Virus record (IMG/VR): IMGVR_UViG_3300027141_000003 | Coordinates: 45,913 to 109,912 of that record | Strand: one strand, 5' to 3' | DNA length: 64,000 bases | From: a virus | Shown here: one piece after another, positions 1 through 9,022 of the stretch | How the letters are laid out: each line of letters opens with the position of its first letter | Numbering within the stretch: the first letter of the stretch is position 1 | Notes under the pieces: generated by a model | The model's database searches: none | What the model was told of the DNA's origin: nothing | The model's input: the letters and a program-made list of their open reading frames with translations, nothing else | Program-made: the position numbers and the translations under genes

Positions 1-270
1 AAAATCATTTTTGTTTAGTACTCGCTTAACAAGTTCTTGTAGGGTTCCAGCTTCCCCGCAAGATGGGTTAAAGCATATGAATGCACCCTTCTCACGGCTA
101 ACGCTAAAGCTTGAAGTATGTCTGTTAGAGTGAAATGGGCAGTAGCATAGAAAGTCATTACCAGTTTCGCCAACTAACTCAAGACCTATAGATCTTAGGA
201 TAGATTTAATATGGTTTGGCGTGTAGTGCGTGGTATCGACTTCCCTTGCGTTATACCCTCTGATTGCCAT
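1..270 (-). CDS. DNA primase, N-terminal CHC2 zinc-binding domain (runs off window edge; not in ORF track)
   Basis: Manual translation from ATG at 270: MAIRGYN...FLCYCPFHSNRHTSSFSVSREKGAFICFNPSCGEAG, the CPFH...C..C DnaG-type zinc finger. Lies just downstream of the DnaB helicase. Confidence 0.85.
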   Translation of the reverse strand, partial: MAIRGYNAREVDTTHYTPNHIKSILRSIGLELVGETGNDFLCYCPFHSNRHTSSFSVSREKGAFICFNPSCGEAGTLQELVKRVLNKNDF

Positions 271-496
271 GCCTTCTTCTTTCCCACATATACTCCGTGA
301 ATGCTCATTAAGAACTTCCACGTCTCGCCAGTAAATTCTACCGAAAATGCTGGATCTATGTCAAGCACTCTTACGTATCCTTTACCCCTCATATCCTGAA
401 CCAAAAGGTTTTCGTACTGAGGCCTTAAACTTATTAGCTGAGAGTTGTCATGAAACTCTACATCTATTTGAAATCTTTTAATTCTTCGATGCGTCA
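195..496 (-). CDS. hypothetical protein between helicase and primase
   Basis: ORF track 195..503; overlaps both neighbours in operon fashion. Start is uncertain. Confidence 0.65.
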
Positions 497-1722
497 TTTG
501 CAAATGGGTTCTCGTAAATTTCTTTGATAATACCTCTGTTAATTTCCCAATCTAAAAAGACATTGAAATCCATTCCGTGACGATTCTTTCTGCTAACAAC
601 CTCAATCATATTGGTATCAGTGTACTTGTGAATAGCAATAGCCATATCTGCATCATACTCAATAGCCTTAGACCAAGCAACTTGGCTAAGCATAGGTGGT
701 GCATCTTGGTCTGTAATATCATCCATAGTTGCTGCAGTGATATCAATAACTGGAATATTGTTTGTCATAGCAAGCATTTTAAATTCACGAGATACGTTCA
801 TGTTACGCTCTGTTGCACCTGAACTCCGCTTATTATCAGAAAACAATTGGTGATAATCTAAAATAACTAAGTCTGGTTTATGCTGATCTATCTTAGACTG
901 AATAGTATTAGCGTTAACTTCTCCCATACCTTCATTAGATACCAGAATGAATCCGTTTTTATTCTCAAATCTCTTCTGACCCCATGAACGGAATGTGTCT
1001 ACATTTACGTCACCTCTTGCAAAGTCTGAAGCACGAAATAATCCTGAGCCCATCATTGTATAAATACGATCACGCATATTTTCTGGAGACATTTCAAGGG
1101 ATACAATCATAGGCTTAAAGCCCTGCTCCCACGCCTTACAAGCAAGGTAGGATGTAAACCATGTCTTACCACGTCCTGGCCAGCCAATAGCCACTATGAG
1201 GTGCCCTGGAGCCATACCAGTAGGATACGCTTTGTCTATAGCATCAAAGCCTGTAAGAATTCCTGGAGCCCCTCCCATAATTACTGAGCGCTCCTTGACT
1301 GCTAGGAAATGTTTTTCTGCTAACTCAATGTCTGTTACGTCTACGTCACGAACATGATTTGTAAACTTAGAAAGCTGAGACAACTTAGCCTGAAGATCTC
1401 CCAATACTCTAGAGGCTGCATCTTCTTTTAAAGCAGAGCCACTCTGAATAATAATATTTTTTAGTCTGCCAGTTAGGTATTCATTCTTTAGTTTATCTAA
1501 ATAATAGCCAGTCTCTGCTTTTGTTTCTACTGGCTCAAAGTCCTTGAATCTTTCCATAAGGATTCCAGCTTCTGGAACTGCCTTGAACTTATAATAATAA
1601 GACTTTAATGAATCCCAGATATCTTTATGTGAAGTAAATATCTCATCTACATTGTCTGCAAGCAGGGTGCTGATGTCTTTATTCTTACATACTGCTGAGA
1701 TTAACTCGGCTTCTGTATTCAT
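478..1722 (-). CDS. dnaB: DnaB-like replicative helicase
   Basis: Walker A GWPGRGKT, SLEMS, ILDYHQ (Walker B), IEYDAD, KNRHG (Arg finger). Confidence 0.93.
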   Translation of the reverse strand: MNTEAELISAVCKNKDISTLLADNVDEIFTSHKDIWDSLKSYYYKFKAVPEAGILMERFKDFEPVETKAETGYYLDKLKNEYLTGRLKNIIIQSGSALKEDAASRVLGDLQAKLSQLSKFTNHVRDVDVTDIELAEKHFLAVKERSVIMGGAPGILTGFDAIDKAYPTGMAPGHLIVAIGWPGRGKTWFTSYLACKAWEQGFKPMIVSLEMSPENMRDRIYTMMGSGLFRASDFARGDVNVDTFRSWGQKRFENKNGFILVSNEGMGEVNANTIQSKIDQHKPDLVILDYHQLFSDNKRSSGATERNMNVSREFKMLAMTNNIPVIDITAATMDDITDQDAPPMLSQVAWSKAIEYDADMAIAIHKYTDTNMIEVVSRKNRHGMDFNVFLDWEINRGIIKEIYENPFANDASKN

Positions 1723-2039
1723 TCATTCCCGCCTTCAACTAGTTCTTTCGTTGCCTGTAGTAGCAATTTACGATGCATTGCATCTTTTTCTCGTTCTGTT
1801 TTTAAATAGTCTAGCTTATCAAAGTTATAAAAGAAGAAACTAAGAGGGTGGCCTGACTTGGTTGTCTTGAAGTAGTATACCAAAAGTTCCTTTGCTTTGT
1901 CCATACCAACGCTATCTATAACATCTTGCATTGCCCACTTTTCACGAAATTTATTTATCCTAGGCTTTTTATTATATCTTTCAAGATAGAGGTTCTCGTA
2001 TAGTCCAATTAGAACATATGGCAGTTTTTCATTTGCCAC
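1719..2039 (-). CDS. hypothetical protein (replication module)
   Basis: 106 aa ORF with ATGA overlap into the helicase. Confidence 0.7.
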   Translation of the reverse strand: MANEKLPYVLIGLYENLYLERYNKKPRINKFREKWAMQDVIDSVGMDKAKELLVYYFKTTKSGHPLSFFFYNFDKLDYLKTEREKDAMHRKLLLQATKELVEGGNE

Positions 2040-2235
2040 TGCTTAGCTCTTTCTCTACTTCACGAGTCTTCTCTATTAATTTATTTTCTACAAACGCATA
2101 CACTCTCTCTGTAGCAGAGTCTACGTTCTCTCCACTACGGACATCATCTTCTACGCCTATGTTTATTCTAATGCTCTCGTAGTTTCCTAGATTGCGTGTG
2201 AATGACAAATCCACCTTTACTCTTGTTTCTGACAT
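2029..2235 (-). CDS. hypothetical protein
   Basis: Likely start MSETRV at 2235 (TAATG coupling). Contains a TRNLGNYESIRI motif seen in small phage proteins. Confidence 0.7.
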   Translation of the reverse strand: MSETRVKVDLSFTRNLGNYESIRINIGVEDDVRSGENVDSATERVYAFVENKLIEKTREVEKELSSGK

Positions 2236-2717
2236 TACTCCGCCTTCCATACAGGTACAAATTTTCCGTCTTCTGTCTTAGTATACATTATTAAATTGTG
2301 TTTGAGAAGAGCCTGCAATTCTGATCTTGAAGGCAGGTCCCTAATATGACCTGCATCAATAATAAACTCATGAATGTCCAGAATGTCCGATTCGCTAAGC
2401 ATATACTTAGACCAAGCACTTTCTGGATTACTAATTGGATATACTTTTTGGGGCTGCTTGATTTTGCCCTGCAAAATATATTCCTCTATAGTCACCTTAT
2501 GCCTTCCTAAAATTTTGCCAACTTCTGTTATGGTGTATGCCTTCTCCATATTTTTATCTACTTGAGAATAGGAATACATCATTCTTTTTTTATCTAAATA
2601 GGACCATGCTACAACTTCGTCTTTAGCCCTAGATAGCCTTAGCACCTTATGGATTTTACCATTTAAGAAGAAATAGACGAATCTTTTGCGTAGTCTTTGT
2701 CTGTTTTCTCTAGCCAT
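2235..2717 (-). CDS. helix-turn-helix DNA-binding protein (MerR/excisionase-like)
   Basis: YTITEVGKILGRHKVTIEEYILQGKI is a winged-HTH pattern. Confidence 0.7.
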   Translation of the reverse strand: MARENRQRLRKRFVYFFLNGKIHKVLRLSRAKDEVVAWSYLDKKRMMYSYSQVDKNMEKAYTITEVGKILGRHKVTIEEYILQGKIKQPQKVYPISNPESAWSKYMLSESDILDIHEFIIDAGHIRDLPSRSELQALLKHNLIMYTKTEDGKFVPVWKAE

Positions 2718-2851
2718 TTTCCGAAGGCACTCGTTTCTTTATTGATCATCCATCGCTTACCGCAAAGAATGCAAAACAACTCTGTGTGCAGCTTTTGAGA
2801 AAATACTCTATCTACAAAAACCCTACCTGAACATTTTTGGCATTTCATCAT
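2663..2851 (-). CDS. small zinc-ribbon protein
   Basis: CQKC...CILC; start MMKCQ at ~2851 overlaps the upstream stop. Confidence 0.7.
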   Translation of the reverse strand: MMKCQKCSGRVFVDRVFSQKLHTELFCILCGKRWMINKETSAFGKWLEKTDKDYAKDSSISS

Positions 2852-3648
2852 AGCGAGAATGTTTTTCCATCTACAACGCATGAGTAGTCTGGAGCAATGT
2901 GGATCATTTGAATGTGTGGATAATCATTTACGATGTGAGCCACAGCAAAACCTTTTTGCCAGTCGTGGTGCTGAGTATATTTCATACCTGGCCCCTTTTC
3001 GTCACACATGTGACCAATCTCATATCCACGAAGGGTTTCTCCTTCGCCATCGTTTCTTAATTCATATGTTACCATATGTGAAGCAATTCTATGTGAGTGT
3101 CCTCTGATTAAAGATACTTGTAGGTCTTCCATATCTTTTCTGACTGACCCAGTTGCCGATATCGAAATTCCGTGGTGTACGTGCACATCGCCAAAGCGAC
3201 GTTTTGGTAAAGAGTCATAATAGATATAATCATAACCTAAAGAATCTAAACTCCATAGTGCCTCTGGTGTTACCTCAGAAATGTAATCTGGAAGCTTTGC
3301 ATCAACGTAATTAAATACTCTAATGTCGTGGTTTCCTAGTGCTGAGAACAGCTGTGCATCTGGCAACATCTCTCTTGTTTTAGCATAAAAATCTCTTGCA
3401 CCCTTTGCCTCGTGGCGCATCATCGGAACAATTAGATCTTTGCTATCATTTTTATGATAGTTTAAAAACTCAGCTGATCGTCCCTCAGTATATTTGCTGT
3501 AACATGCTTGATCGTCTGTATCGCCAAGGTAATCAACTACGTCTGGCTTAAACCATTTCATTACCTTAAACCACAGGGCAATCATCTTATCGTCTTGATA
3601 CGGAAATTGCTGATCAGATGACAGCATCCATTTTAAATCGTTTGTCAT
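2848..3648 (-). CDS. calcineurin-like metallophosphoesterase
   Basis: SDQQ (DxH variant), LGDTDD, LGNHD, HHG and GHSHR motifs. Confidence 0.88.
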   Translation of the reverse strand: MTNDLKWMLSSDQQFPYQDDKMIALWFKVMKWFKPDVVDYLGDTDDQACYSKYTEGRSAEFLNYHKNDSKDLIVPMMRHEAKGARDFYAKTREMLPDAQLFSALGNHDIRVFNYVDAKLPDYISEVTPEALWSLDSLGYDYIYYDSLPKRRFGDVHVHHGISISATGSVRKDMEDLQVSLIRGHSHRIASHMVTYELRNDGEGETLRGYEIGHMCDEKGPGMKYTQHHDWQKGFAVAHIVNDYPHIQMIHIAPDYSCVVDGKTFSL

Positions 3649-3702
3649 TAATGTCCCTGCGTAAAGATAGGGCCACAGAATTGTGGCCTTAATATTATCT
3701 AA

Positions 3703-3730
3703 ATTGTAGCATATTGAGCTACGGTGTCAA
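3703..3730 (-). promoter_or_regulatory. sigma70/SigA-type promoter for the replication operon
   Basis: Minus strand TTGACA-16nt-TACAAT with an extended TG, followed by hairpin GGCCACA/TGTGGCC (~3670-3689). Confidence 0.65.
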
Positions 3731-3734
3731 GAGT

Positions 3735-4148
3735 TTAGCTATATACTGCTACGAAATAAACTCTTCCCTTGCCAGCCTTACCTGTAGCAGGACACTTCAC
3801 TCTGCATTTAGCAGAGGTTGCATCCATAGATCTTACCTGTGGCATATAAATTAAAGCATCATTGCTGCTAGTGTACACTTGACCAAAGGCAATTGCTGTT
3901 GGCTTTACCCCAAGATTGTGTTCAATTGTAAAGTCAACATATGTCCCTGGTGTAAAAGTTATTTGATCAGAAGATCCTCCAAAAAACTTTGCAACTCTGG
4001 CATCTGCGCCTGTTTTTGGAGCAAGATTTATAGTTGAGCCAGCAGATGCACCTTGTAGGGCAATAGATTCAACCTTTGCAAGTCTCTCCAGCAACTGCTG
4101 TAGTGATGCTGCATCAATTGGGTCGCCGTCATTAAATGTACTAGCCAT
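3735..4148 (-). CDS. small virion/fibre-associated protein
   Basis: N-terminal FNDGDPIDAASL plus a beta-rich C-terminal domain; last gene of the tail operon. Confidence 0.55.
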   Translation of the reverse strand: MASTFNDGDPIDAASLQQLLERLAKVESIALQGASAGSTINLAPKTGADARVAKFFGGSSDQITFTPGTYVDFTIEHNLGVKPTAIAFGQVYTSSNDALIYMPQVRSMDATSAKCRVKCPATGKAGKGRVYFVAVYS

Positions 4149-4546
4149 TATAAATTTTCTCCTAAATCGTGTGCTGCAATTTCTTTATCAGACACTTCTA
4201 TTACCTTAGATCTATCTAAACCATACAGCCCAAACGAGTCTGGACTAACTATATGCCTTAACTTATTCTGTGATACTAAATACATTTTACCATCTGCCAG
4301 GTTTTTTATCAAGGATCCATCTCTGAATCCAAGCTTTCCTACCAGCTTAATTCCTGATAATGCTGCTTCAGTTGCCAATACAGTAGTAAAGCTCCAAGAC
4401 TCAGCGGCCCTATTAGAAATTAATTTATACCTTTTGCCGTCTTTGATCCAGTAGGTATCTTTGTCTGTTTTTACAGCAATACCTGAAGGGAAATTAGTCG
4501 GCTGTGATATCGTTAAGATGCTCTGAGTAGTCTTGAATAGCCGCAC
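4148..4546 (-). CDS. hypothetical protein with two internal repeats
   Basis: Likely GTG start at 4546. Duplicated unit G..VK....Y.I..GK.../GSLIK...YLVSQNK. Confidence 0.6.
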   Translation of the reverse strand: MRLFKTTQSILTISQPTNFPSGIAVKTDKDTYWIKDGKRYKLISNRAAESWSFTTVLATEAALSGIKLVGKLGFRDGSLIKNLADGKMYLVSQNKLRHIVSPDSFGLYGLDRSKVIEVSDKEIAAHDLGENL

Positions 4547-4679
4547 TCTTTGCCTCTTTCTCTTCCACAAGTTGGGTAATTTCTGCTCGAAAAACTGCAA
4601 TCTGCGTTTCATAGTTAGAGACAATTTCTCCTATACGTTGCTGTAATGCAGTGATAATTAGTTCTGCTTTTTCTGCCAC
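4494..4679 (-). CDS. small coiled-coil protein
   Basis: 61 aa with heptad pattern; RBS AGGA. Confidence 0.6.
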   Translation of the reverse strand: MAEKAELIITALQQRIGEIVSNYETQIAVFRAEITQLVEEKEAKSAAIQDYSEHLNDITAD

Positions 4680-4690
4680 TTATATTCCTA

Positions 4691-4903
4691 CTATTCTAGT
4701 GTTGCTGCTTCTGATTCCAGAGCAGTTCTTTTTGCCGTTAAAGCATTCATTCTAGTATTAAGCGTTGCAACAGAATCTGAATTTACTGGTGATTCAGCAT
4801 TTGCTTCAATTAGATCTAGTTCTAGATTATATGCTTGATAATCAATACTCTTAATGTGTTGATCTATAAGGTTTAACTTATCTGCGTTTGTTAATAATGT
4901 CAT
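4691..4903 (-). CDS. small coiled-coil protein
   Basis: Strong RBS GAAAGGAGG; 70 aa. Confidence 0.7.
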   Translation of the reverse strand: MTLLTNADKLNLIDQHIKSIDYQAYNLELDLIEANAESPVNSDSVATLNTRMNALTAKRTALESEAATLE

Positions 4904-4921
4904 TTTATTCCTCCTTTCATA

Positions 4922-5083
4922 TTATAGCATTTCAAGCATATTAGTCAATGCTTGAATTTTAGCCTGAAGGTCTTCTAAGGACTCTCCAGAATCTTCTTCC
5001 GTCCCTATTAAATTAATTCTTCCCTTTAAGGATTTAATTTTAGAATTAATTAGGTACTCCTTGTGTATTTTTTCTAGATTCAT
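4922..5083 (-). CDS. small coiled-coil protein (possible fibre chaperone)
   Basis: Likely start MNLEK at 5083, right after the fibre stop. Helical hairpin pattern similar to 4691..4903. Confidence 0.55.
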   Translation of the reverse strand: MNLEKIHKEYLINSKIKSLKGRINLIGTEEDSGESLEDLQAKIQALTNMLEML

Positions 5084-5084
5084 C

Positions 5085-8000
5085 TTATAACCACGCCGAG
5101 TAAGCGCTATAGTATGTTGTTCCATTTGAACCCAGCATCTTAACCCTTCCTCTACCATATCTTGCGGAAGAGCTATATGTTATGTCTCCGTCAGTTGTAC
5201 CCATTCTAAATGCCCAAATGGTTCCTCCAGCGCTGTACGGATATGATCCTGCTCCTGGATAGGATCTGGTTCCGCTTGCAAGAAGCGTTCCGCCTCCAGC
5301 AGTGGTTCTAATTTCAAACTCCATTCCAGTAATGGTACCATTACCTGATATTGAAGGATAATCACAATACCATTGCAAGTGTGTTGTGGCTGTTGTTTTT
5401 CTTGAAAACTGCATAGATGGTGCGGGAGATGTAGGGGCTACAAATACAACATTCCATATTGCTGTTGCTGTTGCATTTGCAGACCCGAATGTGTAAGAGC
5501 CACCTGCAGAATATGTAGTGCCTCCAATAGTCCATCCTCCAAATGTATACCCAGATAGTGTTCCAGCACTTGAAGCTAAAGTTATTGAAGCCCCCTGAAT
5601 ACCATTTTGTGTAGATGGTGTAGATGATCCACCATTAGCAGAATATGTAAGGCTATATGTTGGAACTATATTAGATGTTCCAGATGCTGTGGCGAAAGCG
5701 TTGTTGTATCCAGAAACAGATTTAGTAACTATAACTGAAGTGGTAGTATTAGAAGCTAATCCTGTTGTCGTTACTGTTCCAGTTGAAGAATTTATTGTTC
5801 CAGTTCCCGAAGATATAGAGTACGTTGCTCCCGACTGGGCAGTAACTACAGTGGCTGACCAGCCACCAGATGCACCAACTCCTGGGTTATATGAAAATGC
5901 AACGGCATCTGCGTTAGCTGAAGTAATCTGATTACTGTAGAAATAATACGTTGTTCCATTTATACCAACAACTGTGTCTCTTACTGCAAATACATAGGGG
6001 GTTCCTGCGGGATCGTTAGTTTGAATTACATATGGATTTGATGTTCGAGTTGAGGTGTTTGTATTTCCGCCTGGGGAAACAAGGTTTGCTGTATTTGTGC
6101 TAAGTGCATATAAAAGAACTGATGTTATAGATGCGGCATTAGTATAGCTACCAGTTGTCCAAGTTATGCTATCCAAATACTTGACAGTAGATGTAGAAAA
6201 AGTATTAGTTGCTCTAGTTGTTGGCGCACTGTTTTGTGAAACTGCAGTAGAGGTCATATTAAATGATACTCCAGCACTCCAAGCACTTGCTGTAGTTGAT
6301 TCTCCTGCAGATGTATCACCTACGTTTGTAACCGATCTAACATACATGTATTGTGTTGCCGTAGATGATGGTCCAGTATTATCTGTTAATGGGCTTAAAG
6401 AACCAGTTTGATCTGGAGTCACTTGGCCTGTTGGGGCTGTTGCTGATCCATACCAATACATTTGATAACTTGGTCCAGATCCTCCAGAAAAAGTAGCAGT
6501 AACTGGGCCACCTTGTGGACCTGGAGTCACCGTAACCGATGTTGGAGGAGTTAAACGCAAATTAGTTAGTCCAGATGTTCTAACATAAGGAGTCCATGTT
6601 GTTCCATTTGCAGATGCAGATACATAAAAATAATAACTACTTCCCAATGATGGGTTGTTATTATTTCTATCTGGATCTCCAGGACCCCATGCCCAAGAAC
6701 CAGCAGATGCAGTAATAGTACTTCCATCTACAACTTTTTGTTCATCATAACTTACTCCTGGATCTGTTGGTGCCGTGGGGCTACTACTCCAATAAATTCT
6801 ATAATAAGCTGCATATGTTGCACCAGACCAAGATACGGTAATTGTATTTGAGCTACCATTATTTGATGCAGTAACTGAAGTAGGTGCAGTTGCTACTTGA
6901 GGTATTGTAACTTGAACTCTAGTTGTACTGTAAGAGCTTACATTTACATTAGATGTATTTGAAGTAGACTCTAATGCAGATCTGACCCAGAAATAATATG
7001 TTCCTCCAGGTGTTGGATTAAATCCAGGAGTGTAAGTTATTGTACTTGTGTTTTGTGTTGCAGACCCTGAATCATATCCAGTTCCATCTGATGGGTATGT
7101 AGTGTTGTCAACTCTATACCAACTCTGAAACCATGGGCCTGATCCACCTGTATAGGATATAACAAAAGATGTACCGTTCCACACAACTCCAGTTGGATTT
7201 GGTGCAGATAATGCTGGAGAAATTACAACGCTTGTAGAGCCATTTGAATAGTCTGGTATTGTTTGAAAGTATGGATAATATTCACCAGCATTAGAATACT
7301 GTTTTATATTTGTAAAGGATGGTTTATTTGTGCCATAGGACCATTCTCCTACTGGCAGCCATCCGCTATTATTTCCATCCCCGTAGATAATTTTATATTG
7401 TCTTGGGTATGAGTTTCCTCCACCTAGAGCACCAATTGATCCAGAAAATGTTACATCTGTATTTACTTGAGCAGTAGTAGGAGATGCACTAAGTAATAAA
7501 TTTGCTGCTGGTCTAGAAATATACCAAAGAGCTCCTCCCACAAGATCTGCATAATATTTTCTTATTGAATTCTTTAAAACACTGACCTCTATATCAATAC
7601 TCCATCTATCAGTACTTGTAGTACTGCCTGTTGGGGTATAAGTTGTTGATCCAAACAGAGATGAGCTTATTACTTCATTGTGGGTTAATGTAGCGGTATT
7701 GCCAGAAATTGAAATTTCATTAATATATGTTCCGCCGTAGCCAAATTGTGTGCTTGAACCAGTGTAAGTAGTCCATGCACTAGAAGCAGATGCTCCATAA
7801 TTTGTTCCAGCCATTGAATAGTAGCTACTGGTTTGCCAGTTATACATTCTATATCTAATTCTATATGTTGTACTTCCATCAACCCCTGTAACATTAGATC
7901 TAATTTTCATCAGACCGCCTACTGGTATATAGCCCCTGTTATCTGTACCCTCATTGCTATAGTAATCTAAAATATCTAATGAGGTAACTTCAAGCGCCGA

Positions 8001-9020
8001 GCCTGGGGCTGTAGAATCTTCTGCAGTAAATGGGCTGTTTGGGGTAAAGCCAGATACAGGAATTACTGGAGATTGAGTATTTGAATTATTTAAAGTAAGT
8101 CTGGCAGCATAAAATTTATTTGGCTGTATAGCATAATAGCTTGCTGTACCAGATTTTGTTGTTGTGCCAGTTACGGACAGGGTATATAGATCTTGAATCT
8201 CTACCCGATTGCTTGCTGTTAGCGTTTCGGAGGCAGAATCTACAGCAAACCATTCTATATAAGAATCATAGAGGTCTGGCTTTCTGTACCACTCATCTTT
8301 ATAGGTAAAGTTTGCATATAAAGTTTCTGGAACATCTACGTTAGTATTTGTTAAATCTATTGTTCCGCTAGGTCTTTGTCTTATAATGTATACAGGAGCA
8401 CTTTCAGAAAAAACTGGTCCACCTGCTGAATTTGATGCTCCAACTCTGAATGTAAGAAAGTTTTTATCAAAGTAGTCTCCGTCGTCATACCCTAAATAAC
8501 TTTCAGAGTTTGTCAACATATCTGCTCTTCCAGTTGAAGAAGTATTTCTTGAACTTGATGTGCCTGAAACATAGAATTGTGGATCAAATATATTGTCGTT
8601 TGAATCACCAGTAGTATTATATAGCCATTGATAAATAAATGTTATGGTGCTTCCGTTACCAGAAGTCCATGTTCCATCATACCCCCACAGATGATTACCT
8701 AAGCTGGTGCTTGGCCAACCTGTTGTAGGAGTTGTTGTGGGAGGGCCCATCTGCTGAACTGGAGGAGCTTCAACTACTGGGTTTACTGTTCCAGCAACAG
8801 AGCTATTAGTTCTAAATGTATTAAGTCTTATCTTTGGTATATCGGTACCAACAAATGGCCTATTGCTTGCGGTATCATATATCTTTTGCCAGGTATAAGT
8901 GCCAGTTTTTATATAAGCTTTTCTTATTGCCTGCCAAGTAATACCACCAGTTTTTAAATATACTTTTTTGACTCTTGACCAAGTATATTCCCCAGTTTTA
9001 ATATAAGTTTTACCAGCCAT
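5085..9020 (-). CDS. large tail fibre/receptor-binding protein with Fn3/Ig-like repeats
   Basis: 1311 aa, S/T/G-rich. Triple N-terminal Y(I/L)KTGxxTW repeat, three Fn3-like modules (YYFWVRS/YYFYVSA/YMYVRS) and a Listeria-Bacteroides-type repeat (YSLTYSANGG...GYTFGGW). Confidence 0.8.
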   Translation of the reverse strand: MAGKTYIKTGEYTWSRVKKVYLKTGGITWQAIRKAYIKTGTYTWQKIYDTASNRPFVGTDIPKIRLNTFRTNSSVAGTVNPVVEAPPVQQMGPPTTTPTTGWPSTSLGNHLWGYDGTWTSGNGSTITFIYQWLYNTTGDSNDNIFDPQFYVSGTSSSRNTSSTGRADMLTNSESYLGYDDGDYFDKNFLTFRVGASNSAGGPVFSESAPVYIIRQRPSGTIDLTNTNVDVPETLYANFTYKDEWYRKPDLYDSYIEWFAVDSASETLTASNRVEIQDLYTLSVTGTTTKSGTASYYAIQPNKFYAARLTLNNSNTQSPVIPVSGFTPNSPFTAEDSTAPGSALEVTSLDILDYYSNEGTDNRGYIPVGGLMKIRSNVTGVDGSTTYRIRYRMYNWQTSSYYSMAGTNYGASASSAWTTYTGSSTQFGYGGTYINEISISGNTATLTHNEVISSSLFGSTTYTPTGSTTSTDRWSIDIEVSVLKNSIRKYYADLVGGALWYISRPAANLLLSASPTTAQVNTDVTFSGSIGALGGGNSYPRQYKIIYGDGNNSGWLPVGEWSYGTNKPSFTNIKQYSNAGEYYPYFQTIPDYSNGSTSVVISPALSAPNPTGVVWNGTSFVISYTGGSGPWFQSWYRVDNTTYPSDGTGYDSGSATQNTSTITYTPGFNPTPGGTYYFWVRSALESTSNTSNVNVSSYSTTRVQVTIPQVATAPTSVTASNNGSSNTITVSWSGATYAAYYRIYWSSSPTAPTDPGVSYDEQKVVDGSTITASAGSWAWGPGDPDRNNNNPSLGSSYYFYVSASANGTTWTPYVRTSGLTNLRLTPPTSVTVTPGPQGGPVTATFSGGSGPSYQMYWYGSATAPTGQVTPDQTGSLSPLTDNTGPSSTATQYMYVRSVTNVGDTSAGESTTASAWSAGVSFNMTSTAVSQNSAPTTRATNTFSTSTVKYLDSITWTTGSYTNAASITSVLLYALSTNTANLVSPGGNTNTSTRTSNPYVIQTNDPAGTPYVFAVRDTVVGINGTTYYFYSNQITSANADAVAFSYNPGVGASGGWSATVVTAQSGATYSISSGTGTINSSTGTVTTTGLASNTTTSVIVTKSVSGYNNAFATASGTSNIVPTYSLTYSANGGSSTPSTQNGIQGASITLASSAGTLSGYTFGGWTIGGTTYSAGGSYTFGSANATATAIWNVVFVAPTSPAPSMQFSRKTTATTHLQWYCDYPSISGNGTITGMEFEIRTTAGGGTLLASGTRSYPGAGSYPYSAGGTIWAFRMGTTDGDITYSSSARYGRGRVKMLGSNGTTYYSAYSAWL

Positions 9021-9022
9021 CT